A DNA stretch of 63,772 nucleotides, counting the filler, from Sphacelaria rigidula (taxonomy: Eukaryota): the NCBI GenBank assembly GCA_964200075.2. It is 11 parts of 11 records of this genome, joined end to end, with 100 filler letters (N's around TTAATTAATTAA, not from the genome) between each part and the next. Parts side by side here need not be neighbours in the genome. Positions count along the whole stretch, not along the records: positions 1 to 5,707 come from CAXNAA020025096.1; positions 5,808 to 11,514 come from CAXNAA020025097.1; 9 more parts are not named here. One strand, 5' to 3'. The notes beneath the pieces were generated by a model. The model made no database searches. It saw only the letters and a list, made by a program, of their open reading frames with translations, and was not told the origin of the DNA. Shown here in pieces: positions 1 to 11,614 of this stretch. The first letter of the stretch is position 1, and every line of letters starts with the position of its first letter. Both the position numbers and the translations under genes were made by a program.

Positions 1-179
1 CTCGGGGTCAGGGCATTTCAGCCTGCACACTAATCTTCCCTAGAGTACAGCCTGTACATCCAGTTTTCCCAGAACTTCGGAAGCATTCCCATGGCTGGAT
101 CGAGTGATCTGTGAGCCAACCTGCCCCCCCAAAATTGTCTGGAGGAACAAATAACGCCTCTCTATATTCCTTCCTCATG

Positions 180-262
180 ACATGCTCCTGACCACGGGCT
201 GGATTGTTGCAATCAGCTAATAATGTGAGATAATCAATCAATCAATCGATCAATCAATCAAT
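180..262 (+). mobile_element. probable retroposon (LINE/SINE) 3' end with (AATC)n tail
   Basis: CTCCTGACCACGGGCTGGA...TAATGTGAGA followed by an (AATC)n tail; a related copy lies inverted at ~752-824. Confidence 0.45.
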
Positions 263-273
263 AAATGCCATGT

Positions 274-520
274 GAATGGAAGGTGGGAAACACGTACACT
301 TGATTTACCTCGTATGAATCACAGGTGAACACGTATTATATGTGATCATGCTGCATGATTGAAAGGGGAGAAACATGTAACTATGATTCATGTCGTATAT
401 GAACACCGTATATGAATGGAAGGTGGGAAACATGTTCCCGTGATTAATGCGGTATGAACCGAAGGTGGGAAACACGTAGCTGTACAGTATTTCAGATTCA
501 TGAATCACGGATGGGAAGCG
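274..520. repeat. degenerate ~42-bp minisatellite (GAATGGAAGGTGGGAAACACGTA core), ~6 units
   Basis: cores at 274, 316, 357, 414, 456 and 502; the intervening segments resemble each other. Confidence 0.7.
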
Positions 521-751
521 GCAGCGAATCGTCGCCCTTGACGGGACCGTATAATTCGTTTCTTGTTGAGAACCCACAAGTCACTGCACGCGTGATGGAC
601 GTTCCAAAAACACACTTCGAAACACAAAATTCGAAAGTGCGATGCCAACTTGCTTACCCCCGCTACCCCCGCGACCATTTTATTGTATACCTGTTGTCTA
701 TGCATCGACAGGAGCACAGACTATCATCACTACTACGCGATGCAATGTGGA

Positions 752-824
752 CTTGATTGATTGATCGATTGATTGTCGCACATTAACAGATCCCCCATGA
801 TGGTTCCAGCCGTGGTCAAAGGAG
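752..824 (-). mobile_element. probable retroposon 3' end with (AATC)n tail, minus strand
   Basis: reverse complement reads CTCCTTTGACCACGGCTGGA...TAATGTGCGACAATCAATCGATCAATCAATCAA. Confidence 0.45.
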
Positions 825-1535
825 GTGGAACCGAGCAAAGCCAGCAAGTAACTTCCAATCGTTCATAGTAAACAAGAAATCAACAATGCAATGGGATAAA
901 TTTACACTTACTGGTTAAAATATATCAAATATTCAAAAGGTCGACAAATTGAAGCGTCGGGTAATCGCCAAACTATCGTGATTCAGAGTTCATCCGAACA
1001 ATGTAATTTCCACCTTCTTGCCCCACTCCAGTCACTTAGTACCTCTGTACCGAAACGAAATACTCTATACATTAATGAGATACTGGTTTTAGAAACAGAC
1101 GCGCCCCCCCCAGGCCCCCTTATTGCCTCAAGCATGAGTAAAATCAACTGCCATAGCGTGGCGGTCATAAATCCCGCCGAACTGAGCAGAAGAGGGTCTC
1201 CTCGAAAACGAGGTTCAATATCGTGGTGAAACTCGGCCTTCGTTTGGAATTCCGCCATTTTTATGTAAATAATTGGAACAACGAAAGAACCCTTCGCCTA
1301 GTTAATATGCGTTTAAACCTGAGCACGTATGGCTGGGTGTACCCAACTCGTTCGGTGTACACGTGTGTCGATGGCGATGCCATCGGAGGAGCAATGGCGG
1401 AGAGGAAGCTCCTCGTTCGTTTCCGTTGTGTGTCTTCGGCGATTCCCAGGCGGTCGAGAGACTGGCACCACACGGACCGTTTGCCAACCCTTCCGTCGGC
1501 AAAACAACGGCAGGTGGGTTGTTGTCCACCGACTT

Positions 1536-1689
1536 GCTGAACACACCACGGCGCTTCGCGCTTGGTGGTTTGAGTGCGAGCCTGGTCCGGCGAAAGCCCG
1601 GCGTNNNNNNNNNNGTGCTCCGTCCCGGCTTTGTAGGGATGCGAGGTCAATGGCCTTATGACTACGGCATGCATGACTATGAGTACGCC
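1536..1689 (-). mobile_element. GTACTCA-terminus TIR family, subtype A, end fragment
   Basis: reverse complement matches 14203-14340 and 17262-17321. Confidence 0.75.
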
Positions 1690-1861
1690 AAAAAACGTGG
1701 GTTGAACTGCCGCATCGTGACTGATGTCTTCGTGTGTCATCTGTCGCGCTGACCAGTCCAAAGATCGGCTCCTTTCTACGTCACTTTTTGGACATGACGT
1801 GCCTCTGTGCGCCACAGAAAACGTCGTCGAAAAAGAGGGCGGTGTTCCCGTCACCGCTACC

Positions 1862-1865
<4 letters not shown>

Positions 1866-1950
<85 letters not shown>
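1866..1950. repeat. compound (CT)n(CA)n microsatellite
   Basis: seen directly. Confidence 0.98.
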
Positions 1951-1956
<6 letters not shown>

Positions 1957-2448
1957 AGCAAGGACGCTTGCGCCAAGATGTAACCGGCGGTCAGGGGTGT
2001 TATCCCAAGTATAGTCATGTACAGCTGCTTACTGCGGCAACAGCAGGGCGGAATATTATGATGGGGGCCATGGAGTATAAAACCCAGACCCATGGAGACT
2101 TTTTTGGCATGCCTAGTAAAACAAGATACCTCGGTCGGTGGCTTAGCTGCTGCTGGCGTAGCTTACATGGGGATTGGTATGCTGTAATCTCCGAGCATCA
2201 GTGCGCGGTTTCTGATGTACCGTCACTGCGCACTAGGGGGGAGGAGTCATATTTTCAATCTTTCGATCGCCGTTCACTCTGCCGACGTCACCACAAGCTG
2301 TCGCCTGGCGCGATACGGTTCCACCACGAGCAACGGCGTTGTCGTAATATGTGGTGACATTTCATGAAAGTGAAAGAAAGCGCGAGGTTTAATTCATGGG
2401 AAAGCATAGGTGCTTTGCAATTCTCCAGACGGGCTGGTTAAAGGGTTA

Positions 2449-2597
2449 AAATCGAATTTCGTTTACTCACGAAATAATCGATTTCCACTGTCGGGCAATT
2501 TGTGGGAGAAACCCAACTCGTTTGACTTCAGGAAGGAACGCACTCACGACCCGATTACCAAAATTTCTCGAGGTCGTCAGCTGAACCACCGGGGCGA
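2449..2597 (-). mobile_element. tRNA-derived SINE, 5' part (diverged)
   Basis: reverse complement aligns with 60451-60605. Confidence 0.6.
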
Positions 2598-3858
2598 TCA
2601 AACAGTCATCTCATGGTACATGTTTGCGGAATATCCTATTCCCTGGTACAGTTATGGAAGCATCGCTGCAGGATCACAAAAACGCTCAAGGGGTGATTCT
2701 CCCTGCGCTCACGACCGCCTCTTCTTATGCGTGTACGTTTTCGCCTTGCCCTCTTGTTTTCCTTATTTGACCTGCTTTACTCTTCCCTTGTGAAACACAA
2801 AATAACCAACATCATCATTGGTAATCATCATCGCAAGCGATAATGCTGTAACCACCATGCACTATTGTACGTCCTTGTGCCACAGAACAGCACATCTCAA
2901 CGGTAATTTCGATCTCTCCACATGCCATTACATTCCGTCTGCCCCGTTCCGCTATCATGGGACTCCCGACCCCCGACCCCCAAGGAGGTCGGCCTCCACC
3001 TTATGTCTTACAACTATATACGAAGAGGAGTAGGATGGACAGGAAATGAAAGAAGCTAACCATGTAATTCCTTTGATGCACCGTGAGCTCGAAGCGCGCA
3101 ACGAAAAAAAGAGAGGGAAAAAACTCGCTCACGATAGTGTCAGAATAAAGAAAAAGAAGGAGAGTACTAAGCACTGCCTAATTAGAACACACGCGAACGT
3201 ACAGTACACACACATGAATCTCGGAGGGGGGGGGAGCATGGCTAATAGAAGCGAACCTTACTACTGTAGACCCAGGGATATCACACCACACACATTAAAA
3301 ACATCATGTTATGCTTATAAAGTACGAGATACTTAGGGGGACGGAGAAAGCTGTTTTTTACTATCTAGAAAGAGATCACGGTTTATCGGTACACATCGCG
3401 AGTAGTCATGTCCCAGGACACGCGACCAATACTCATCAAGCAGCACTGACAGCTATTCTATTCATCTGGCGGGATACGTAAACCTGGCGTCCTGGCTCTA
3501 CACCTTCATCCACATTCCCAAAAATGCCAAACCTCCCATGACCTCGCGTGATCGGTTGCATGCCCACACGGTGATATTCTTTCTATAAGACAAATAGCCA
3601 CGGCCTGAACCGGTCCGGTCTGGTCCCGTCCGCGAACGGAAGGCGGCTCAAAAATATTTGTGCAGTGTACCCGGGGCGGCAAAGGCACCCACCCTCGGGG
3701 GAATTGGACCAAACTACAGCAAACGAAGAAGTGCTTCCATGATTACGAGGGTGTGTATTTCAGTGTCGTCCTAGGCGCGTCCCACATATTTCTAACATTG
3801 AAAACAAGAAAACAAGCAATATATATATATATATATATTCTTCACGGTATGCTTGTAC

Positions 3859-3928
3859 TTATTTCCCCGAGAGCTTCTCCAGAGATTCCGTGGTCTGCAC
3901 AACCACCTCGGACGTGCCGTAGTTGTTT
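3859..3928 (-). CDS. GME: GDP-mannose 3,5-epimerase, final coding exon
   Basis: cag|A AAC AAC TAC...TAA; the phase-2 junction with exon 4746-4969 gives GGA; peptide (G)NNYGTSEVVVQTTESLEKLSGK* resembles the GME C-terminal YGSSKVV motif. Confidence 0.85.
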
Positions 3929-4194
3929 CTGGCAGTGTTTTGAACAAAGCAAGACGGCAAGACACGCGAAGCATCAAGGTGAACATACAGATTCGCGTCA
4001 GAACGTGGTAGCAACACATCCAACATCTGGGGTAGGGGCGGCAACGGCGATGGCGATGGCGACGGCGACGGCGACGGCGGGGGGGGTGTACTCGCAGTTT
4101 GTCACAATTCAACTGAGAGTGGACAGATTTGATGGAGGATAACTTTCCCGCCCGGCAACTGATCCTCATTTGATCCTCGGTATGAGTTGTGTGT

Positions 4195-4345
4195 GGGTTG
4201 TCATCCCATCTATTCTGGACGCCAGTCTACACCTTTCAGTATATGTGGGGGCACCAGCCGGGGTCACACAGGAGCAAGGCCAACACGGGAGTTTTTTTTT
4301 CTCTTTTTTTTTAATTGTTTAGTTCTTCACCTTCCTTCTGCGCCT
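4195..4345 (-). mobile_element. tRNA-derived SINE, 3' part, inside the GME intron
   Basis: reverse complement matches 60665-60815 and 22860-22958. Confidence 0.65.
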
Positions 4346-4745
4346 CGGCATACCATCGTATACCATCGTGAAACCTCAATCGGTGTTTTGCACCAGTGCG
4401 TTCCAGCACAAAAGAAAATATTTTCATCAGAGACTTCACATGAAAACGACACCGAAAAAAAGGGCAAACAACCAAGATCGTACAAGACAGTGTCTCTGCC
4501 CCGCGAAAAATCAAGAGGTGCCCTCCTTCCAAGACCCAAGTGTACACAAGACACAGGCACACAGATACATGGCGATAGATGGACATCTATCCTCATTTTC
4601 ACAAAATACAACACAGCACATCACAACCATTAGCTCCTCCTCGCAAGCAAACGAAACATGGGGAGGGAGGAAGGGAGGAGGGGGGAGAGGAAGAGCACTG
4701 GAAAGAAGGTAGATTATGACGATGAGATAACGGGAGAAGACTCAC

Positions 4746-4969
4746 CCGGTTCCAGCGGCAGCCTCCGCCTCCACCTGTCCCTTGATCCACATGTACGTCT
4801 TCCTGAGGCCGTCGGCTATCGCGATGGAGGGCGCCCAGCCCAGCTTCTCCTTGATGAGAGTGTTGTCGCTGTTGCGGCCCCTCACACCCTCGGGCCCGGG
4901 GATGTGCTTGATGGGAAGCTTCTTGTCCTCGAAGCTCATGGCGATCGCCGCGAATTCATTCATCGACAC
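4746..4969 (-). CDS. GME: GDP-mannose 3,5-epimerase, penultimate exon
   Basis: VSMNEFAAIAMSFEDKKLPIKHIPGPEGVRGRNSDNTLIKEKLGWAP...GLRKTYMWIK carries the GME signature HIPGPEGVRGRNSDN; aag|GTG acceptor and GG|gtgag donor. Confidence 0.95.
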
Positions 4970-5140
4970 CTTTTCATGTTTTGGTTTGATATATATATAT
5001 ATATACACACACACAATATATGATGTCAACACGCCATCGAATGTGCTCAGTTGTTTGTTTTGCAAAGCAGGAGCAGGACGAAAGGGACGTGGCGCAGGCC
5101 ACCGGGCGACCGGGCGACACGGGGAGAAAGGGGGGAGGAA

Positions 5141-5707
5141 GGGGGCGCACTCACTCGTTACTTGCTTCAGTCATTGGCCATTGACCACGCATCCCTTTCG
5201 AGACGGAGCACCGTTCCTACTCATAGTGGAGACACCTCCGACATTTGAGCGCTCATAACGTTTTTACCATACACAAAAAACAAAGCACTTTTGCATACCT
5301 TCTTTTTTTTCCTGTTTCGCCGTCTATGGCCACCATCTATTTATCTCCTAGTATAGCGATCGTTTTCTCGCGACCATCTTATGTTCCAAACGATTCCATG
5401 CCACTGATGTTAGAGGTGAATGGGGAAGGGGGTGTACTCGTTATCTTGCAGACCGTAGTCATATAACCATTGAGGGGGGGGGGGGGGCAAGACTGCGCTT
5501 TGAACCCTGGTTCGTTTCAATACTTTCGTGCGGAACCCTTATCCTGTAAGGGGGAGAAGGGAGGGCGGGGGATGATCGACTTTGAAGAGGGATGAAAAAA
5601 CCGTTCAAGTCTATCACACTTGCATGACGAGGTGCTCCGTCTCGAAAGGGATGCGTGGTCAATGGTCGAACAACTAAGGCAAGCAACGAATGAGTACCCC
5701 CCGCCCC
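5141..5707. mobile_element. GTACTCA-terminus TIR family, subtype B, MITE-like element
   Basis: left arm 5141-5400 matches 14733-14980; inverted arm at 5631-5707; a subtype A end is nested at ~5428-5472. Confidence 0.7.
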
Positions 5708-5807
5708 NNNNNNNNNNNNNNNNNNNNNNNNNNNNNNNNNNNNNNNNNNNNTTAATTAATTAANNNNNNNNNNNNNNNNNNNNNNNNNNNNNNNNNNNNN
5801 NNNNNNN
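5708..5807. other. artificial contig linker
   Basis: 100 bp of N with TTAATTAATTAA (stops in all six frames). Confidence 0.99.
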
Positions 5808-5814
5808 GATTGAG

Positions 5815-5863
5815 TCAGCGCTGACTGGTCAGTAGTCTAGTTGGTTGTCTCTTAAACCGTCAC
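5815..5863. mobile_element. right half of the palindromic TGT...ACA mini-element
   Basis: GTCAGCGCTGACTGGTCAGTAGTCTAGTTGGTTGTCTCTTAAACCGTCACA matches 25697-25758. Confidence 0.75.
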
Positions 5864-6202
5864 AAACCCTAGGTTCCATTAAAGCAATCCTTTTTGTTCT
5901 CGTGAACTAATGAAATGTATTTTATTTTCTATCAATTTATTGCTCTAGACCCGAAAAACTAGTTTTAATCGACCATTGACTGTCGACAACACCCCCTCAT
6001 GAACGAGCTACTTACTCCGTATCAATCTGTCAGCACCGGATTGAGGATTGTGTTCTTAGCACGACCTGCTTCGTTTCCTATTATCTGTCAATACTAGGAC
6101 TATCGAAGGCTGAGGAACAATACTACACGAGGAAACTCAGAAAATATCCAACAACGACAATTTCCCAACCGAGCTCTGCATACCACAGGGGCGGCGACGA
6201 CG

Positions 6203-6276
6203 GGGGGGGCGTACTCATTTGTTGCTTGCCTTAGTCGTTTGACCATTGACCACGCATCGCTTTCGAGACGGAGCAC
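6203..6276 (+). mobile_element. GTACTCA-terminus TIR family, subtype B, solo terminus
   Basis: GGGGGGGGCGTACTCATTTGTTGCTTGCCTTAGTCGTTTGACCATTGACCACGCATC...GAGACGGAGCAC. Confidence 0.8.
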
Positions 6277-6593
6277 TCTCGTGACTAAATTTGCAGACCC
6301 AAATGTTTTATTCCTATCTGTTAATTGCTTTAGAGCCGAAAAAAAAGTATTTTTGGAATAAAAACGGCCAGCAATACTCGCCCTTTAATTCATCCAGTAA
6401 ATCCTTCAATATTAAGCACAGAGATGATTTTTGCTTGGGAATGTGAAGCGGGTGCCTGGTGCCTCCCAATCACTGAACTTCGAGAGTAAGAGTTTGCTGG
6501 GATGAGCGATGGCACGCGAAAAAACTATTGAAAATCGCCGACCACGAAGAGTACTAGATCGGTTTTGTTTTTTAGTTGGTCCGCATTCAGCAC

Positions 6594-7022
6594 ATGGCGG
6601 TCGAGGATCTCGTCCGCGCAAATAAGGATGTGCCAGCACGAGCTCTCACACGTAAATTTAAGATGGACGTACATATCACCAAGGAACGCCTCCCAAATAC
6701 CATAACACCCTACGTCGCACTGACTAAGGTCAAGCCCGCAGGGCATGATGCACCTTGATATGTACGATGTATGGTAGTATACAGTAGCCGAACGGAAGAC
6801 GCCGACGATCGGTTCGATGCTGGTTTCAAACTCGAAACCAAACGTTTTGTGTGTTACAAGCACAGCCGAAGAAGCGCAGCCGCCGAATCCATTTTCCCTA
6901 ACTTGTACGGACGATAGTGCATCAGATCGAAAGTCTGTTCGTTCCACTTGGACTACGAGAACTGGAGTGCCAAACGAATCAGGTTTCTATCCAATTATCT
7001 CAAGAAGCAAGTCCGAAAATGA
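6594..7022 (+). pseudogene. decayed intronless ORF (~142 codons, 2 in-frame stops), virus-like, unknown product
   Basis: single frame MAVEDLVRANK...HDAP*YVRC...LYGR*CIRS...LSNYLKKQVRK*; its stop overlaps the next ATG (ATGA at 7019-7022). Confidence 0.5.
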
Positions 7023-7328
7023 GTAGTACAAATCTCGTCAAGTTCCCAAGTTCGAATACCTTCGTGGGAGCACAGGTGACGAAGGCGGGAACGGACGTCT
7101 GAAATTAAAGCGATAATGTCATGCTTGTAGATGGTCTCCCGTACTTCGAACACGTACGAAATTGAAACCTCTGTCTCCAAATACAGTGTAGTCAGGTTAC
7201 GAGACGAATTTTTCATCAATCATGTCAACGGCAAGTCTTTACTTGAAATTCATTCGAGGGGAGACATTGGTATCAAATTTGAGGCTGAGGCGTACAGTTT
7301 GCATAATCCCTCTTCTTCAAAAACATGA
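7019..7328 (+). pseudogene. decayed intronless ORF with frameshift, virus-like, unknown product
   Basis: MSSTNLVKFPSS...GTDV, then shifted frame ...YEIETSVSKYSVVRLRDEFFINHVNGKSLLEIHS...SSSKT*; ends in an ATGA overlap at 7325-7328. Confidence 0.45.
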
Positions 7329-7552
7329 CCAGACAAGTAAACACCAAGTTGGCAGCAACGGTATCAGACTTGAAGCGTCCATCTGAATGCATGACGACAA
7401 ATGCAACCGCCAAATTTGGAGCATTGGCGATGCCAAACATGTCAGTCTTGGACTGCCGACGCGACAATACAAGGGAGGGCCAATCTCATAATGGAAAACA
7501 CCGCAAACCCTTGAACATCGCATTAGAAGCGACGGTGCAGAATTTAAAGTGA
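7325..7552 (+). pseudogene. short ORF, third member of the ATGA-coupled run, unknown product
   Basis: its ATG overlaps the previous stop; 75 aa; no recognisable domain. Confidence 0.35.
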
Positions 7553-7912
7553 TGATCAAAGTACGCAACGTGAAATATCACCAAACTTGAAGTGCGATGT
7601 CATATGTCCGCTGTGCCCATTTTCCCCACCGAGGCTTGATTCGTATCCAATTACTCAGCGATATGAAACAAATGACCAACCAATCACCCATGTCGGATTG
7701 TCCGACTGCTTACAAATATCATCCAGGCAGGGGCCCATGCTCTTTATCCAAATACAACACGATATATATCAAGATTTGTTGCAAATCTTTCATAAACACA
7801 TTTACATGATGTTCCAAGGGTGTATTGGGTAGGGTATACCCGATTCCCAGCTTTTTTAAAATGTTGTTCTTTTGGTGCTGTAAATTTAGCATCATCACCC
7901 CTGTGGTGGGAC

Positions 7913-8480
7913 CTACGCCTCGACAGTGGTGAACTGCGGATGACAGCTCACGGGCACTCTGGGCGGCTTCACGGAGTCGACAGAAACAACTACACGGATA
8001 CTCGCAATAGCGCATGTGCGTGGGATCGTCAACATCTGCCTGCTTCGCGCACACTCCCTGACCTGAGAGTACACGAAGGAGCCTTCACGACTGCCCGCTC
8101 TCTGGAAGCCATTCGGCACGACCACATCGTCGGCGACCTTGACAACTTCCGGTGGCAGCTCATACTCTTTGTGGTGCATGTCAATAACGGCCTGGGGTTC
8201 GATGATCACGATACAGCCACTATCATGCAACGTCGATGACTTGCATATTGCTAATTGATCCCCCTGGTGGTGCGGATGAACTGCCCCCGCTCTAGCCACC
8301 ACTCAAGGCTGGAGGTAATCCATCCTGATGGTTTGTAGTGCTGCTCATCATGTGTCGTGCTTCCACTCCGCAGCACCTCGTAACCCGTCAGATTCCAGAC
8401 CAAAGAATTTTCCGACCTCGAATTTTCGTTGGTGTGCAGTGTTGAATGAAGGAGTAGGGTAGGTTGATCGATGGGAGGTA
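7913..8480 (-). pseudogene. decayed ORF, possibly an AEP/PrimPol-type C-terminal Zn-finger region
   Basis: protein-like frames ...WWLERGQFIRTT and ...ELPPEVVKVADDVVVPNGF...LTIPRTCAIASIRVVVSVDS...VSCH; resemblance is weak. Confidence 0.3.
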
Positions 8481-8532
8481 CGTGTTCAGGTCGTGAGATT
8501 GCGTTTGGATTGAGCCTATATCCATACCTTCC

Positions 8533-9108
8533 CAAGGTATGTATAAAATATCTGTGCTCGTACCTGCAATCGGGTATATCTAGGACGGTATACCCCAACC
8601 CCGGGTAGGAGTATGGGAGGCCTACAGAGCTTACAGACATATCGGGTACCGGTATGAAAACCTTGAGAAAATTACAAAACTGTCGAGTAACCGCTTGAGA
8701 GTCTTCCAGAAATGATAAAACATGTCGGGTAGGGTATGGGAGGCTCACAGAAAACCGTAACAGCAATCGGGTACCTCTTCAAGGGTATACACTCTCCGGG
8801 TACGGGTAAACATTCTGTACAGAATTCACAGAAGAACTGTCAGATAAGGGCGTGGGAGGCTTGCAGAACTCACAAAAACTGTCAGGTAAGGTATGGGAGG
8901 CTCAGAGAAAACCGTACCCGCAACCAGGTATCTTATCAAGAGCGTGCTCGTGCCCCTCGTCAACGGTACGGGAGACTTAACAGAACTCCCAGAGCTATCG
9001 GGCAAGGGTACGGAAGTCTTCCAGAACTCACAGCACTGTCGGGTACGGTAAATACTCGGGAAAATACCCCGGGTATACAGGAACCGTACCCTACAGAACA
9101 CAACCTTG
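8533..9108. mobile_element. MITE of the CAAGGTTGTGTT-terminus family with GGGTAC-rich subterminal repeats
   Basis: right end GTACCCTACAGAACACAACCTTG is shared with 26594-26941; left end degenerate. Confidence 0.6.
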
Positions 9109-9115
9109 AAAATAC

Positions 9116-9515
9116 CAGGTAGAGCATTGACATCCTATTCGTATTGCCCAATATTTGGGTAGCGCATTGCATTGAAATCATTTCCATCCCTACCTAAACT
9201 TTAGAGTATTGCGGTCATACCTAAGCAATACTCCATGGCTGGGTTTTACCGAGAGTACTTGCCGAATGTTTGGGTAGAATAATGAGATCATACCCAAATT
9301 ACCCAGCATGTTGATAGAGTACTGATATCATACCCGACTCAACCCTCTTTTTGGTTAGAGGGCTGAGATCATACCCAAGTGATACTCCATACCGAGGTAT
9401 GCTGAGAGTACCCACCCAATGTATGGGTGGAGTATTGAGATCATATTCAACTCTACCCAACTTTTGGTGGAATATTTCTGACCACAACCCTCACACCCAA
9501 TCAACCCAAAACCTG
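9116..9515. mobile_element. MITE-like element (CAGGT...ACCTG ends, ATACCC/GGGTA repeats)
   Basis: short inverted termini; repeated GAGATCATACCCAA motif. Confidence 0.4.
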
Positions 9516-10446
9516 GAAAGAGTAAATACCCGGGTATACCCAAGTATTTAGAAGTACATGCTATTCCAGACATGTCCGTCGTAATTTACACTCGTCCCAT
9601 GATGTTTGAAAACCTCATATTCCCGCGTTTACTGATCCTACACACAATATCACCTATATCTATCTTTGCTGTATTGTTTTTTTAGTTCTCATAAGTGTAC
9701 GTTTTACACACCACACACTACGGAAACGACTGAACAGACAGTGTAGCCAGTATACTGCAGGACAGGAGGGGACATTGCAAGATAGAAGGGCATGCAATTC
9801 AATATAATTCACATACACTTTGCACCAGCTTGTACGAGCCATTATGCGTTTGGGTTTTTCTTCTGAGAAGCGCCTGATATCCGTCGTTGAAAACATAAAG
9901 ACGCGAGCAGCAAAAACGTTTTATTCGACGGGAGTCGATGCTGTGCAGGAGTTCTGATTCAATCTGCTGTTCCGAGATGATAGGCGTGTACCGCGGCAGA
10001 GATGGATTGATCACATGAGACCACAAACTCATACTGAGGAAGGGAACGGCTTCGAAGCGTACCTAACTATTAAATGAAGGCATGGCTGAGGCAAGGAAAA
10101 GCTGTCATAGTACACATGACAAGGCATTCTTCATCAATCCGAACACTTTTCGCGCTACTGAGGCGATGGCGGATATGATTAGTCTCCCAGCGATGGCCTA
10201 CGCGTCGTTCATTACACGCCTTCAGCTATTTCTTAGACGTCCTGAGTCATTTCTGATGAGTCCACAACCATTGCTTGAACTCCCCCAGCCATCCTTTAGA
10301 CACCCTTGGTCGTTTCTTAGACACCCCAAGAGGGAAAACCGGCATGAGACATTGCGACTTGTCATCGTCTGAGCCCGAATATTTCGGACCTTTGGCGGGC
10401 CAACTCTTGTTTTGCTCGAGGAGACAGCACCCAATTCGAAGCGGTA

Positions 10447-11360
10447 ATGTCAAGGTCAAGTTTGGAGAAGACACCGGACGATGTCGAATTGCAAGCTGCT
10501 TTATGGTGTCAAAATTAGGATTCCCCGAGCACAGCTTGAGAAAACGTAGAGGTGTGGAGCTTTGTGATGAAGCGCCAGCCTCTAAAGTCCAAGCAATGAT
10601 ATCGACATTGAAGTATTACTGTGATAAAACTAATAGCGACGGTGCCTATTTGGAGTAACACCTGTGTCGAACTTGGAGCCATGACGTCATATTTGCAGCG
10701 ATCTTGCTACAACCCCTGCCTCCATGGACACCACAACGCTGATTCTGACCACACTTGAAAATCCGTCTCATCTCATCACAGTTATAGAGAACGTTATAGT
10801 GTCGTCACACGATTACGAGGCGGTGCGGAATTAAAAGCAATGATTCCAACGTTGGAGCGGCTCTGCTGCAACGTTGTTGCGTATGACTGTGCGGAAAATA
10901 CCACCTCTCTCGTCAATGTTATGATGCGATTAGCCTCAGGGACTTTCGCAAAGATAGTGGAGCTCGGGAATTGTTTTTCTGACCAAGAACCAGTTGGACG
11001 GTTACGCGTAGCGCACTCATTTCCGAGCTCTAGAAAATATTCATTCATCCTGCCCACACAAAGTCCACGCCACACGTTGAACTTTCAGCACCAAATTCAA
11101 AGCAATCGTGCCAACTTCAGAGTCACGACGGTGTCAAAGTTAAAGCAATCTTGTCGAATTTGGCGAAATGCTATACTACTGAGAGTTTACGCATGCTGTA
11201 CTGCGGGTTGCACTTCGAGCGACAGCTTCTGAATCGCCGTGCGATGGCTGCGAAATAAAAAGAGAGCACCAAATTTGACGTCACGGGTGTCAAAGTTGGA
11301 GCGACACCGCGCTCAGATTGAAGGAGTGATGTCGGGTTCGTTGCAGCAGTTGGACAAAAT
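10447..11360 (+). pseudogene. decayed heptad/coiled-coil repeat coding relic
   Basis: recurrent GTGTC(A/G)AA(G/C)TT(G/A)(G/A)AGC motif encoding VSKLE/VSNLE/ISTLK/IPTLE in several broken frames. Confidence 0.3.
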
Positions 11361-11514
11361 CACACTGTTTTCGTCCGTGGCTGACTGCGCTATCTTCCGA
11401 GACCGTTCTAGGAACCATCACAACAGGCTCTACATCGAAGGAGAAGGCAGAGGAATATTTCCAGACGAGCATGTCAACCGCCATCAAAAAGCTGAGCAAA
11501 CGCCAGCACGTACA

Positions 11515-11614
11515 NNNNNNNNNNNNNNNNNNNNNNNNNNNNNNNNNNNNNNNNNNNNTTAATTAATTAANNNNNNNNNNNNNNNNNNNNNNNNNNNNNN
11601 NNNNNNNNNNNNNN
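11515..11614. other. artificial contig linker
   Basis: N/TTAATTAATTAA, 100 bp. Confidence 0.99.

Noticed and set aside
274..520. CRISPR-like repeat/spacer array
   Set aside because: Repeats are degenerate, the spacers resemble each other (TGATT...GTAT), there are no cas genes and the context is eukaryotic; it is a minisatellite
5751..5763. TTAATTAATTAA recurring every ~5.8 kb as a periodic biological motif
   Set aside because: Embedded in N runs; an artificial six-frame stop linker
10253..10350. Hammerhead ribozyme core (CTGATGAG)
   Set aside because: No stem II closing with GAAA at a suitable distance
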